Positions 9,764 through 18,868 of a stretch of DNA of 64,000 bases are shown here, piece after piece. The first letter of the stretch is position 1, and each line of letters starts with the position of its first letter. Source of the stretch: a virus; IMG/VR virus record IMGVR_UViG_3300029787_005266, positions 1 through 64,000 of that record; one strand, 5' to 3'. The position numbers and the translations under genes were made by a program. The notes under the pieces were generated by a model. It made no database searches. It was given only the letters and a program-made list of their open reading frames with translations, and was not told where the DNA came from.

Positions 9764-10062
9764 TGTCTGATTATGAAAATACATCGCCCTATTTTGATAC
9801 TCGGCAAGGAAGAGAAACATTAGGTTTACTAAACAAAAGACAATTTGAGTTTATGCAGGATGATGTATTGTACGAAATCGATTCTTTCTACGAACACAGA
9901 CCAGACCTGTTAAGTTATGACTTGTATGGTACGCCTAAGTTATGGTGGTGTTTTCAACATCGCAACATGGACACAATAACAGATCCAATATGGTCATTCA
10001 CAGCAGGAACACTTATACGTATTCCTAAGAAGTCCACGTTGGAAGAATACTTGGAAATTTAA
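9763..10062 (+). CDS. Baseplate wedge protein, gp53/LysM-like
   Basis: YEHRPDLLSYDLYGTPKLWW...IRIP motif. Confidence 0.8.
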   Translation: MSDYENTSPYFDTRQGRETLGLLNKRQFEFMQDDVLYEIDSFYEHRPDLLSYDLYGTPKLWWCFQHRNMDTITDPIWSFTAGTLIRIPKKSTLEEYLEI

Positions 10063-10063
10063 A

Positions 10064-12538
10064 GTGGCTTACGAAACTTTTACAGGAAAAGGCGGTGGAG
10101 CAGATGCCAAAAAGTGGCAGAGGGCATCCAAGAAGAGCCAATATTCTACAAAATTGGCGCAGGGACAAACAGCAGAGAAAAAAAGTTTTTTAAAAAATTT
10201 GGCAAGCGATTTGTCGACAATTTACGGAGTAGTATCTGGTGGAGTAGAAGGTGTATTAGGAGCAGTAGGTGACAAATTTGCATCAGTACAACAAGATACT
10301 GCAGGCAACATATTCCAAAACCCAGGAGATACTACAAAGATTCCACCCATGAAAAAAGGAGGCATTGTCACATACGGATCAGGTCTGAATACAAAAAATG
10401 TGATGAGTGGAGATAAACCAGTAACATGGGGAGCAGGGCCTTCATTTGGTGGCTCAGGCAATCATCCTGCTACAAGGGGAATAACACAAAACTCAAATAT
10501 ATCGCAGGCGCTGAAAAATAAAGGCAATGCATTGCCATCAGCAATATCGTCTCGTATGCAATCGGGCGAAGCACAAGAATTTTTAAATTCAACAAATAAT
10601 GTATTTGCTCCAATGACGCGAGGATCTAATCCTTTATTAGATTTCGAAACACAGAATTATGTTATTACGTTAAGTTGTGTGTCTCAACAACAATTTAACA
10701 ACGGAACATATAGAAATAATCCAGGAGTTGTAATTGCAAAAACTGGCGGAAAAGGAAGACAAGGCACAGGGCCTTTATCATATGATTATTATATTGAAAG
10801 ATTAACAGTAAGAAGCACTGTTGCTCCTACTCCTAACGCTTTTGCCACTAATGCATATCAAATATTTTTTGATATTCAAGAACCATTAGGAGTAGATTTA
10901 ATTCCTGCTCTTATTCAAGCATCGTTGCAACAAGGATATCAAAATCATTTATCCGCAGTGTATGTGATAAAAATTGAATTTGTTGGAAATGATGATAATG
11001 GTATGCCACGAAAAATTCCTGGAACTACAAGATATATTCCTTGTAGGTTGTTCAAAGTTGATTTGGACATTGACGAAGGAGGCGGAAGATACAACATACA
11101 GGCCGCACCCTACAATTACGTACAGCAATTAACATCATATGACAAACTAAATGAATCTGTAGTTCATACTGGAACAGATGTGAAAACTTTAGTGCAAAAT
11201 TTTTTTACTGGATTGAATGAAAATTACAAAGTAAAAAAAGATGAAGACAAAGTTGTTGTGAAACCTCACCTGTATGAATTTGATATATCAGGATCGTCTG
11301 CGGACATAATAAAATCAAAATTAGGTTTTGGTGACTCAGGAGCATCTGCGAATCAGGCAATAAATGTATCACCTAGCGGAGGCCCTGGCGGAGGCGATAC
11401 TGCTTCTCGTAAAGTTACTGCCCAAAAAGGAACATCTATTGTAGAATATCTTACGCATGTCGTACAAAACTCAAAATTTATATTGAATCAGTTTGATGCT
11501 TCTAATGATACCAAAGATGAAATATTCAGCACAATAAAAATAATGCCAAGCACTGAAATAATGGATGTTGATAATGGATTAGGCGAACCACAGTACAAAT
11601 TTACCTATTCACTTAGACAACAAAAGATTGCAGTAGAGTCAACCAGTGTAGCACCAGTAAGAACTTACAATTACATCTATACAGGTGAAAACAAAGATGT
11701 GCTAAATCTAGATATAAAATATCAATTTGCTTATTTCCAACCAGGCAGATACTATGATGCTATGCAAAATAAACTTAAAAATGATGACGATGGATTAGAA
11801 GAAGAAAGCACATCTAATCAAGGTCCAAGTTTTAATGATGCTTCTTTAGGTAAAGGTGGAACAACAGCATCCAAAGTTCCAACAGCACAAAAATCTGCAG
11901 ACACTATTAATCCAGATGCTCCTGCTGAAAACAGAGAAATGGCAGATGTATTCAGACAAATTTTAGAAGATCCTGCCGCTGATTTAATTGTTGTGGATCT
12001 AACAATATTAGGAGATCCTTACTGGATCGAACAAAAAACACTGAATCCTGGCAACAATCAAATGACATCTGATGGACAAACCGAACCAGATGGGTCTGTA
12101 TCTCCTGATGCAAACAATATTGTAGTACAGTTGAATGCGAGATATCCATCCGATTTAAACGATGACACAGGCTTAATGAGACTTAATTTGTCTGCCTTTT
12201 TCCAAGGAAAGTTTAGAGTAATATTATGTGAATCTAATTTTGAAGGCGGAGTGTTTCAACAAACAATTACAATGACAAGATTCAGAGAACAAGAAAATGA
12301 TGTAAAATATACTCCAGCAAAAGGAATAGCATCTAATATGGATATAAGAAGACCAGATGCCTTAGGTGGGTCAATAGATTTAAGAAGACCAGATGCCTTA
12401 GGTAAATCTACTTCCAATGTAATTTACAAAAACAAAAACAATACTGGGTCAAACGGGTTCCTATCCATAGACAAGATAGCTAACAATAATAAAAAGAAAC
12501 GAAAAGTCAATAAGGGATTACGTAGATTAGGATTATAG
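10064..12538 (+). CDS. Baseplate hub protein (gp27/late-control D-like)
   Basis: Sits between gp53 and gp5. C-terminal LTILGDPYW and FEGGVFQQTI motifs; GTG start. Confidence 0.6.
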   Translation: MAYETFTGKGGGADAKKWQRASKKSQYSTKLAQGQTAEKKSFLKNLASDLSTIYGVVSGGVEGVLGAVGDKFASVQQDTAGNIFQNPGDTTKIPPMKKGGIVTYGSGLNTKNVMSGDKPVTWGAGPSFGGSGNHPATRGITQNSNISQALKNKGNALPSAISSRMQSGEAQEFLNSTNNVFAPMTRGSNPLLDFETQNYVITLSCVSQQQFNNGTYRNNPGVVIAKTGGKGRQGTGPLSYDYYIERLTVRSTVAPTPNAFATNAYQIFFDIQEPLGVDLIPALIQASLQQGYQNHLSAVYVIKIEFVGNDDNGMPRKIPGTTRYIPCRLFKVDLDIDEGGGRYNIQAAPYNYVQQLTSYDKLNESVVHTGTDVKTLVQNFFTGLNENYKVKKDEDKVVVKPHLYEFDISGSSADIIKSKLGFGDSGASANQAINVSPSGGPGGGDTASRKVTAQKGTSIVEYLTHVVQNSKFILNQFDASNDTKDEIFSTIKIMPSTEIMDVDNGLGEPQYKFTYSLRQQKIAVESTSVAPVRTYNYIYTGENKDVLNLDIKYQFAYFQPGRYYDAMQNKLKNDDDGLEEESTSNQGPSFNDASLGKGGTTASKVPTAQKSADTINPDAPAENREMADVFRQILEDPAADLIVVDLTILGDPYWIEQKTLNPGNNQMTSDGQTEPDGSVSPDANNIVVQLNARYPSDLNDDTGLMRLNLSAFFQGKFRVILCESNFEGGVFQQTITMTRFREQENDVKYTPAKGIASNMDIRRPDALGGSIDLRRPDALGKSTSNVIYKNKNNTGSNGFLSIDKIANNNKKKRKVNKGLRRLGL
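12345..12403 (+). repeat. 23-bp direct repeat TAAGAAGACCAGATGCCTTAGGT (36-bp period), encodes RRPDALG twice
   Basis: Exact copies at 12345-12367 and 12381-12403. Confidence 0.85.
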
Positions 12539-14455
12539 ATGCCACAGCATGTAAGAGAGTACAATCCAATATCGCCTTCTATGGGTGTATATCTTGCCAC
12601 TGTGATGAATTCTGCAGATGTAAACAGATCCGGTCGATTGGAAGTTTCTATACCAGCACTTCAAACATACAAAGACGCACCTGATAGATCTGTTGCTGAT
12701 GTCACCTACACTGTAAGATATTGTTCACCATTTGCTGGCCAAACACCTGTGCGTGATGCTAGAGGCACCAACAGTGGAGACTTCCATGCCACACAAAAGT
12801 CATATGGTTTTTGGGCAGTACCGCCAGATGTAGGCACACAGGTGCTTGTGATGTTTGCCAATGGCAATGTAAATGAAGGCTTTTGGATAGGTTGTGTACC
12901 AGATATGCAAATTAATCACATGGTGCCTGGATTAGCATCCTCAGAACGAAGTATTGAAGAAGGTGGAGGCGGTCCTGGAGGAGGCGATGCACAAAAAAGG
13001 TTTGGTGGATTGGGAATAGAAGACTTACCTGTAGCAGAACCAAACAGAAAAGTTACAGACGATGCTGTTGGTATAAACACAGATTATGCTTCCGACAACA
13101 GTGCAAAATATAGACCGGTGCACACACCCATGGCAGAGACATTGTTGTCACAAGGATTAATCAAAGACAAAATTAGAGGAATAACCACATCCTCAGCTAG
13201 ACGTGAAACACCTTCACAAGTGTTTGGTATAAGCACACCAGGCCCTATAGACTTTGAGGGGCAATTTGCGGCTCCTAACACAGACGCTGTAAACAGACAC
13301 GGAAAAGTAGGAGAAAAATTTGCACACTCAAGATTAGGTGGCCATTCGTTTGTGATGGATGATGGTACTCCTAGTGAAGAAGGAAAAACACCTATTGAAA
13401 GTGAAATGATAAGATTTAGAACACGCAAAGGCGCTCAAGTATTGTTGCATGATTCAGAAAACATGGTGTACATCATAAACAGCACAGGCACAGCATGGAT
13501 AGAACTTTCAGAAGATGGAAAAATTGACCTGTTTGCAGATGAGTCGTTCAGTGTGCATACCATTGGTGATTTTAATCTGAGAGCAGAACGTGACATCAAT
13601 ATAGAAGCGGCCAGAAACATCAACATGAAAGCCACAGGACAAAATACAACAGATCAATTTATAAATTCAAATGAAGATATTGTTACAGGCAGAATACACA
13701 TTGATGCCAAAGAGGATATTGAAATGATTGCAGAATTAGATATCAAAGCAAAAGCAGGAGTTGATATAGAAATGTTTGCAGTAAAAGATATTGCAGTGCA
13801 TTCAGGAGAAGATTTTAATTTAGAAACTGGTTTAGATATACACATGAGAGCAAATGATGATTTTGAATTGTTTGTTACAGACAATGCCAGTTTAGAAATA
13901 GGAAGTGATGATAGCACCGGACCTGGTGGCTCTGCTAGAGGAGATTTACAAATCAGAGTGAAAAATGATCATAAACTTTTTACTGGTGCTGATTACAAAA
14001 GGTATATCACGGGTAACCACCTGCTGGAAGCTGCCGGAGATGATAAAATATATGCCGCAAATCATTGGGCCAATGTGACCGGTGAAATACATTTTAACAC
14101 ATCAGGCAAGGTTGATGCAGGAGTAGTAGGTTCAAGTTTATTGCCAGTTGGCATAGTTGGAGTACAAGGAGAACGTGTGCCTGCCGATGTTGTTGTGCAA
14201 TTAGATACATTTGAAAATGTAATTGTTCCCCAGAGCATTGACAAAGAAGTAGATGAAATTAAAAGGCAATCTATTATGAAACGTGTGCCTACAGCAGAGC
14301 CTTATGCAGAACATGAAAACAAACGAAAAGTAGTTCTCAATAACATAGTGTCAGTAGACAAATCAGGAATATTGTTTACAGATAGAGAATTAAAAGATGA
14401 AAGATTTACAGAAACTCCTGACAACGAAGATGCACAAGCAAGGAGAGGTGTATAA
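12539..14455 (+). CDS. Baseplate central spike (gp5/VgrG-like: OB-fold plus beta-helix)
   Basis: DVNRSGRLEVSIP, SYGFWAVPPDVGTQVLV, GHSFVMDD and IRFRT..GAQ motifs, followed by short beta-helix repeats and a PAAR gene. Confidence 0.85.
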   Translation: MPQHVREYNPISPSMGVYLATVMNSADVNRSGRLEVSIPALQTYKDAPDRSVADVTYTVRYCSPFAGQTPVRDARGTNSGDFHATQKSYGFWAVPPDVGTQVLVMFANGNVNEGFWIGCVPDMQINHMVPGLASSERSIEEGGGGPGGGDAQKRFGGLGIEDLPVAEPNRKVTDDAVGINTDYASDNSAKYRPVHTPMAETLLSQGLIKDKIRGITTSSARRETPSQVFGISTPGPIDFEGQFAAPNTDAVNRHGKVGEKFAHSRLGGHSFVMDDGTPSEEGKTPIESEMIRFRTRKGAQVLLHDSENMVYIINSTGTAWIELSEDGKIDLFADESFSVHTIGDFNLRAERDINIEAARNINMKATGQNTTDQFINSNEDIVTGRIHIDAKEDIEMIAELDIKAKAGVDIEMFAVKDIAVHSGEDFNLETGLDIHMRANDDFELFVTDNASLEIGSDDSTGPGGSARGDLQIRVKNDHKLFTGADYKRYITGNHLLEAAGDDKIYAANHWANVTGEIHFNTSGKVDAGVVGSSLLPVGIVGVQGERVPADVVVQLDTFENVIVPQSIDKEVDEIKRQSIMKRVPTAEPYAEHENKRKVVLNNIVSVDKSGILFTDRELKDERFTETPDNEDAQARRGV

Positions 14456-14715
14456 TGCCAGGAGTATGCAGAGACAACGATGCGGCAGGTGGTGATTTAG
14501 TTCCATCACAGACCACAGTAAAAGCAAACGGTGAAGAAATAATTGTTAATGGTGATACAGTGGCGGCACATGGACTTGCTCCACACTTAGAACAGACCAT
14601 AGTGGCCGGGTCGAATGCAGTATTTGTTGGCGGCAAGGCAGTGTGTAATGCTGGCGATGTTGCATCAGTTTGTGGCGAGGCTGCCACAGGTTCTAGTGAT
14701 GTGTTTGTAGGATAA
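14455..14715 (+). CDS. PAAR-domain spike tip protein (gp5.4-like)
   Basis: 86 aa, GDTVAAHG..PH, GSNAVFVGGKAV, CG...TGSSDVFVG. Confidence 0.88.
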   Translation: MPGVCRDNDAAGGDLVPSQTTVKANGEEIIVNGDTVAAHGLAPHLEQTIVAGSNAVFVGGKAVCNAGDVASVCGEAATGSSDVFVG

Positions 14716-14723
14716 GTAATAGT

Positions 14724-14885
14724 ATGGCTGATACAGATATATGTAAAAATTGCAACTCCCCGTCACACTGCACTGGTGAATCTCCGAGAATGAAAGAGTT
14801 TGCCATGTCCGCCGAGGGGTCAGATGCAGATAGATGTTATAAATGTAATTGCGTCCAATGTGATGGTTCGGCTCTTGTAAAATAG
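14724..14885 (+). CDS. 53-aa Cys/His-rich metal-binding peptide (not in ORF track)
   Basis: MADTDICKNCNSPSHCTGESPRMKEFAMSAEGSDADRCYKCNCVQCDGSALVK*. It fills the gap between PAAR and gp25, with TAAGTA 5 nt upstream. Confidence 0.65.
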   Translation: MADTDICKNCNSPSHCTGESPRMKEFAMSAEGSDADRCYKCNCVQCDGSALVK

Positions 14886-14889
14886 ATTT

Positions 14890-15342
14890 ATGGCAGTAAA
14901 AAACTTCAACGAAGTAAATTCAACCACACAAGGTGTGTCTAACACAAGAATATTTCGAGGACACAGTTCAGTCGGCAGAGACTTTGCTGATACTAAACTG
15001 TATGATATAGAATTGGTCAAACAAGATTTACTCAATCATTTCAATATGTTAAAGGGTGAAAAACTGGAAAATCCAGACTTTGGCACAAATATTTGGTTAT
15101 ATTTGATGGATCCATTGGATGATGAAACCAGAAATGCTGTGATAGAGGAAGTTGAAGCAATCATAAACTATGATCCACGTGTTGAAATGGACAGTATAGA
15201 AGTTAATGATTACGAACAAGGACTGCAAGTAAAAGTGTCTATTTTGTACACTGGATACGGATTAGGTGAATCCATGGACTTGTTATTCGACTCACAACAG
15301 GGATTATTGGCTGGCCCTTCACAAGTTTATTCTGCGGCCTAA
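14890..15342 (+). CDS. Baseplate wedge subunit gp25-like
   Basis: KQDLLNHF..KGE..NPDFGT.IW..L.DP and YDPRV motifs. Confidence 0.9.
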   Translation: MAVKNFNEVNSTTQGVSNTRIFRGHSSVGRDFADTKLYDIELVKQDLLNHFNMLKGEKLENPDFGTNIWLYLMDPLDDETRNAVIEEVEAIINYDPRVEMDSIEVNDYEQGLQVKVSILYTGYGLGESMDLLFDSQQGLLAGPSQVYSAA

Positions 15343-15368
15343 TCATAAACTCAGCACTTTTTAAAAAC

Positions 15369-15376
15369 TATAAATA
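15369..15376 (+). promoter_or_regulatory. T4-type late promoter TATAAATA
   Basis: Exact T4 late consensus, 5 nt before the gp6 ATG. Confidence 0.7.
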
Positions 15377-15381
15377 TTATT

Positions 15382-18300
15382 ATGCCATCTAATGATAGAC
15401 AAAACTCTCTGCTTGTAAACGATACCTGGCAGAAAATATACAGAACGTTTTCACAAGCGGACTTTAAATCTTATGATTTCGATACCATAAGACGAACACT
15501 CATTGATTATCTTAGATTAAACTATTCAGAGTCATTCAATGACTATATTGAATCATCAGAATATCTTGCACTGATTGATTTAATTTCCTATGTGGCACAA
15601 TCTATTTCATACAGAGTTGATCTAAATGCTAGAGAAAACTTTATCGATCTTGCTGAACGTAAAGAGTCAGTGTTAAGATTAGCAAGACTCATATCATTTC
15701 AACCCAAAAGAAATATTGCTGGATCAGGACAACTGAAAGTAACTTCAGTTGCAACTACAGAAACTGTGTTAGACGCTAACGGAAACGATTTAGCAAATAC
15801 TCCTATACTTTGGAATGATGTAACAAACACAAATTGGCAAGAACAATTTAATGCTGTGCTTAACTCTGCTCTTCCAAGAGCACAGACAGTTGGAAAACCA
15901 CAAGCCACAGGTACTGTTGGTGGGATCACAACAGACCAATACAGATTAAACTCAAGTAATATTGGATTGCCAACACAATCATTTTCACGTAACATCAACG
16001 GCATAGCGATGGATTTTGAAATTGTGCCTGTTACATTAGATGATGGATTTGTTACAGAAGAAAATCCAGTGCCGGGCAATTCACTTTCTTTCTTATACAA
16101 AAATGATGGTAGAGGATTTAGTTCTAATTCAACTGGTTATTTCTTCACATTCAAACAAGGAGAAATGAACAGCACGGACTTTACAATATCATCACAGTTG
16201 CCTAACACTATTGTTACTGTTGAAGAAAACGGGATTAACAACGATGATGTGTTCTTGTTCAAATTGGATCAAAACGGATTGTTAGAACAATCATGGACCA
16301 AGGTGCCTGCTATTACAGGCAACAATGTGATATACAACACATTGGCCAACAACATCACTGAGCAATATGCTGTTGTTACAAAAACAAATGATCAAATTGA
16401 TCTTGTGTTTTCAGATGGCACATACGGAACAATGCCTGTAGGAAACTTCCGTGTGTTCTACAGACAAAGTAACGGACTCACATACAGAATTCAAACAGGA
16501 GACATGCAAAACATTTCATTTGATGTAGAGTATGTGTCACGCAACAATCAAATTAACACATTGACTGTTACAGCATCTCTCACAAGCACGGTAACCAATG
16601 CGGCTCAGTCACAAAGTATTATTGACATAAAAACACAAGCTCCTCAAGTGTACTATTCAAACAACAGGATGATCACTCCAGAAGATTATCAAATAATTCC
16701 TTTGACACAAAATCCTTCATTGGCAAAAGCAAGGTCACAAGTAAGAGCCATCAGCGGCACTTCAAGATTTTTAGATGTCACAGATCCAACAGGAGTTTAC
16801 TCGGAAACTGATATAGTGGCTGATGATGGAATGGTGTACACAGACGTTGTTACTGAATCATTTGATTTTTCATTCACAACAAGAGATGATGCAAGAAAAG
16901 TAGTGACAAGTTCTGTAGCAGACATATTTGAGAGTAGTTCAGTCAAACAATTTTATTACGATAATTTTCCTAGACCACAAATTTCTGGACTTAAAACTTG
17001 GAAAAAATCAACACAGACTAGTAACCAAGTGTCAGGATACTTCCTTGCAGAAGGTGAAGATTCAAGTGTGTTAGCAGTTGGTACATCCAGTGTGTCTAAT
17101 CTGCAGTATGTGACAGAAGGTGCATTGTTAAAATTTGAACCAACATCTGGCAGTCACTTTATGACTGAACTAGGTACACAGATGACTGGTGCGGCTGGCC
17201 ATCCTGGTAGTGCTGAAATTATGTGGACAAAAACTATCAGTGTTGAAGGTGATGGTTCAAATGGTGGACAAGGAGAACTAGCTGATGGCACTGGGCCTAT
17301 TGTGTTATCAGATCTTATCCCCAGTTATGCAGAACTAAAAGAAATTATTCCCAAGTATGTGGACAGTATCTCTACAACATTAGAAACTGCTATTATAGAC
17401 AAAGTAATTGCATTTAAAAACTTTGGACTAGGATACAACAACACAACCAGAGCATGGTATGTAATTGATGATAATGATCTTAATACAGGAAACTTTGATT
17501 TGTCCTTTGCTGAAAACAAAACAAGTGCAAGTTTAGATGCATCTTGGTTAATAAGATTTTCTACCAATGGATTAACATATACAGTATTCAACAGAGCAAC
17601 ACAATACATATTCCAAAGTTTTTCAAGAAATAAATTTTATTTCGATGAATCAGTAAAAGCAATTGATCCTGAAACAGGTTTGGTTATAAAAGATTCAGTA
17701 ACGATTTTGAAATCTAACACAAAACCTGATTTTGTATCAAATTTAACATTTGATTACAAATGGCAGATTGTTAAAAATATTGTTGGTACAGATGGATACT
17801 CAGATACAAGAAAAATACAAATAGGGTTATTTGACGGTGACGATGATGGAGTAGTAGACAATCCTGATTTATTTGCACTTATTGTTTCGCCTACAACAGA
17901 CATAAATGAAAAATATGTTTTCTTCCAAACGGTAACAGTAAACGGATTTGAACAATTAAATCCAATTAACAACACAGAGTTCGTTACAGTACAAAAGGAA
18001 ACTGATATCACTAATCCTGCCATATATGCTGATGGACAAAAATTTTATTTTTATCAAGACAATGAATTCAAGTCATTCGATTCAGCCACAAAACTTTTAC
18101 AGGAACTCACAGGATATACTGCTAAACTAGGCAGACAAAGTTTGATTTACAGATACAATCATGGCGCTCCTAGAGATAGACGATTAGATCCATCAGTGAG
18201 TAACATTATAGATTGTTACGTGATGACAAAATCATATGATATAGATTTCCGTGCTTGGTTAAATGCAAATCAATTGACATCTGAGCCTCAACCACCAACT

Positions 18301-18867
18301 GTGGCAGAATTAAATGACACATATTTGCCAACACTGAACCAATTGAAAAGTGTAAGTGACACAATAGTTTTCAATCCAGGAGAGTATGTGTTGTTGTTTG
18401 GCAAAGGTGCTGAAACATCTCTGCAGGCAACATTTAAAGTTGTTAAAAATAAAGCAACAGCAGTGTCAGATAATCAAATTAAGTCTAATTTAATTGAAGC
18501 AGTAAACGACTATTTCACTTTGGCTTTATGGGATTTCGGTGATACATTTTACTTTACAGAATTAGCGGCATACTTGCATAATGTATTGGCTCCAGATGTG
18601 TTGAGTATTGTTATTGTACCAGCAAGTGCAACAACTTCATTTGGTTCACTGTTTGAAATTACTGTGGATGGCCATCAATTGCCAATTTCATCTGCCACAG
18701 TTGATAATGTTCAGATTATATCATCTAACACAGCAGAACAACTTAAAGCAACAGGCACTGTGGTATCATCAACCACCGGGGCAGCTGTTACAGGTGCAAG
18801 TGCAACTGCAACTACATCGGTGAATTCAACTATCACATCAGGATCATCAGGCTCAGGATATTATTAA
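15382..18867 (+). CDS. Baseplate wedge subunit gp6-like
   Basis: DFDTIR..LI.YL, FNDYIESSE, ENFIDLAER.ESVLRLA, FSDG.YG..P and NRMIT.EDY motifs. Confidence 0.9.
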   Translation: MPSNDRQNSLLVNDTWQKIYRTFSQADFKSYDFDTIRRTLIDYLRLNYSESFNDYIESSEYLALIDLISYVAQSISYRVDLNARENFIDLAERKESVLRLARLISFQPKRNIAGSGQLKVTSVATTETVLDANGNDLANTPILWNDVTNTNWQEQFNAVLNSALPRAQTVGKPQATGTVGGITTDQYRLNSSNIGLPTQSFSRNINGIAMDFEIVPVTLDDGFVTEENPVPGNSLSFLYKNDGRGFSSNSTGYFFTFKQGEMNSTDFTISSQLPNTIVTVEENGINNDDVFLFKLDQNGLLEQSWTKVPAITGNNVIYNTLANNITEQYAVVTKTNDQIDLVFSDGTYGTMPVGNFRVFYRQSNGLTYRIQTGDMQNISFDVEYVSRNNQINTLTVTASLTSTVTNAAQSQSIIDIKTQAPQVYYSNNRMITPEDYQIIPLTQNPSLAKARSQVRAISGTSRFLDVTDPTGVYSETDIVADDGMVYTDVVTESFDFSFTTRDDARKVVTSSVADIFESSSVKQFYYDNFPRPQISGLKTWKKSTQTSNQVSGYFLAEGEDSSVLAVGTSSVSNLQYVTEGALLKFEPTSGSHFMTELGTQMTGAAGHPGSAEIMWTKTISVEGDGSNGGQGELADGTGPIVLSDLIPSYAELKEIIPKYVDSISTTLETAIIDKVIAFKNFGLGYNNTTRAWYVIDDNDLNTGNFDLSFAENKTSASLDASWLIRFSTNGLTYTVFNRATQYIFQSFSRNKFYFDESVKAIDPETGLVIKDSVTILKSNTKPDFVSNLTFDYKWQIVKNIVGTDGYSDTRKIQIGLFDGDDDGVVDNPDLFALIVSPTTDINEKYVFFQTVTVNGFEQLNPINNTEFVTVQKETDITNPAIYADGQKFYFYQDNEFKSFDSATKLLQELTGYTAKLGRQSLIYRYNHGAPRDRRLDPSVSNIIDCYVMTKSYDIDFRAWLNANQLTSEPQPPTVAELNDTYLPTLNQLKSVSDTIVFNPGEYVLLFGKGAETSLQATFKVVKNKATAVSDNQIKSNLIEAVNDYFTLALWDFGDTFYFTELAAYLHNVLAPDVLSIVIVPASATTSFGSLFEITVDGHQLPISSATVDNVQIISSNTAEQLKATGTVVSSTTGAAVTGASATATTSVNSTITSGSSGSGYY

Positions 18868-18868
18868 G

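Noticed and set aside
8852-18867. Bacterial T6SS or extracellular contractile injection system (VgrG, PAAR, gp25, baseplate)
   Set aside because: Linked gp46/gp47/gp55, T4-type late promoters and tail fibres indicate a lytic myovirus genome.
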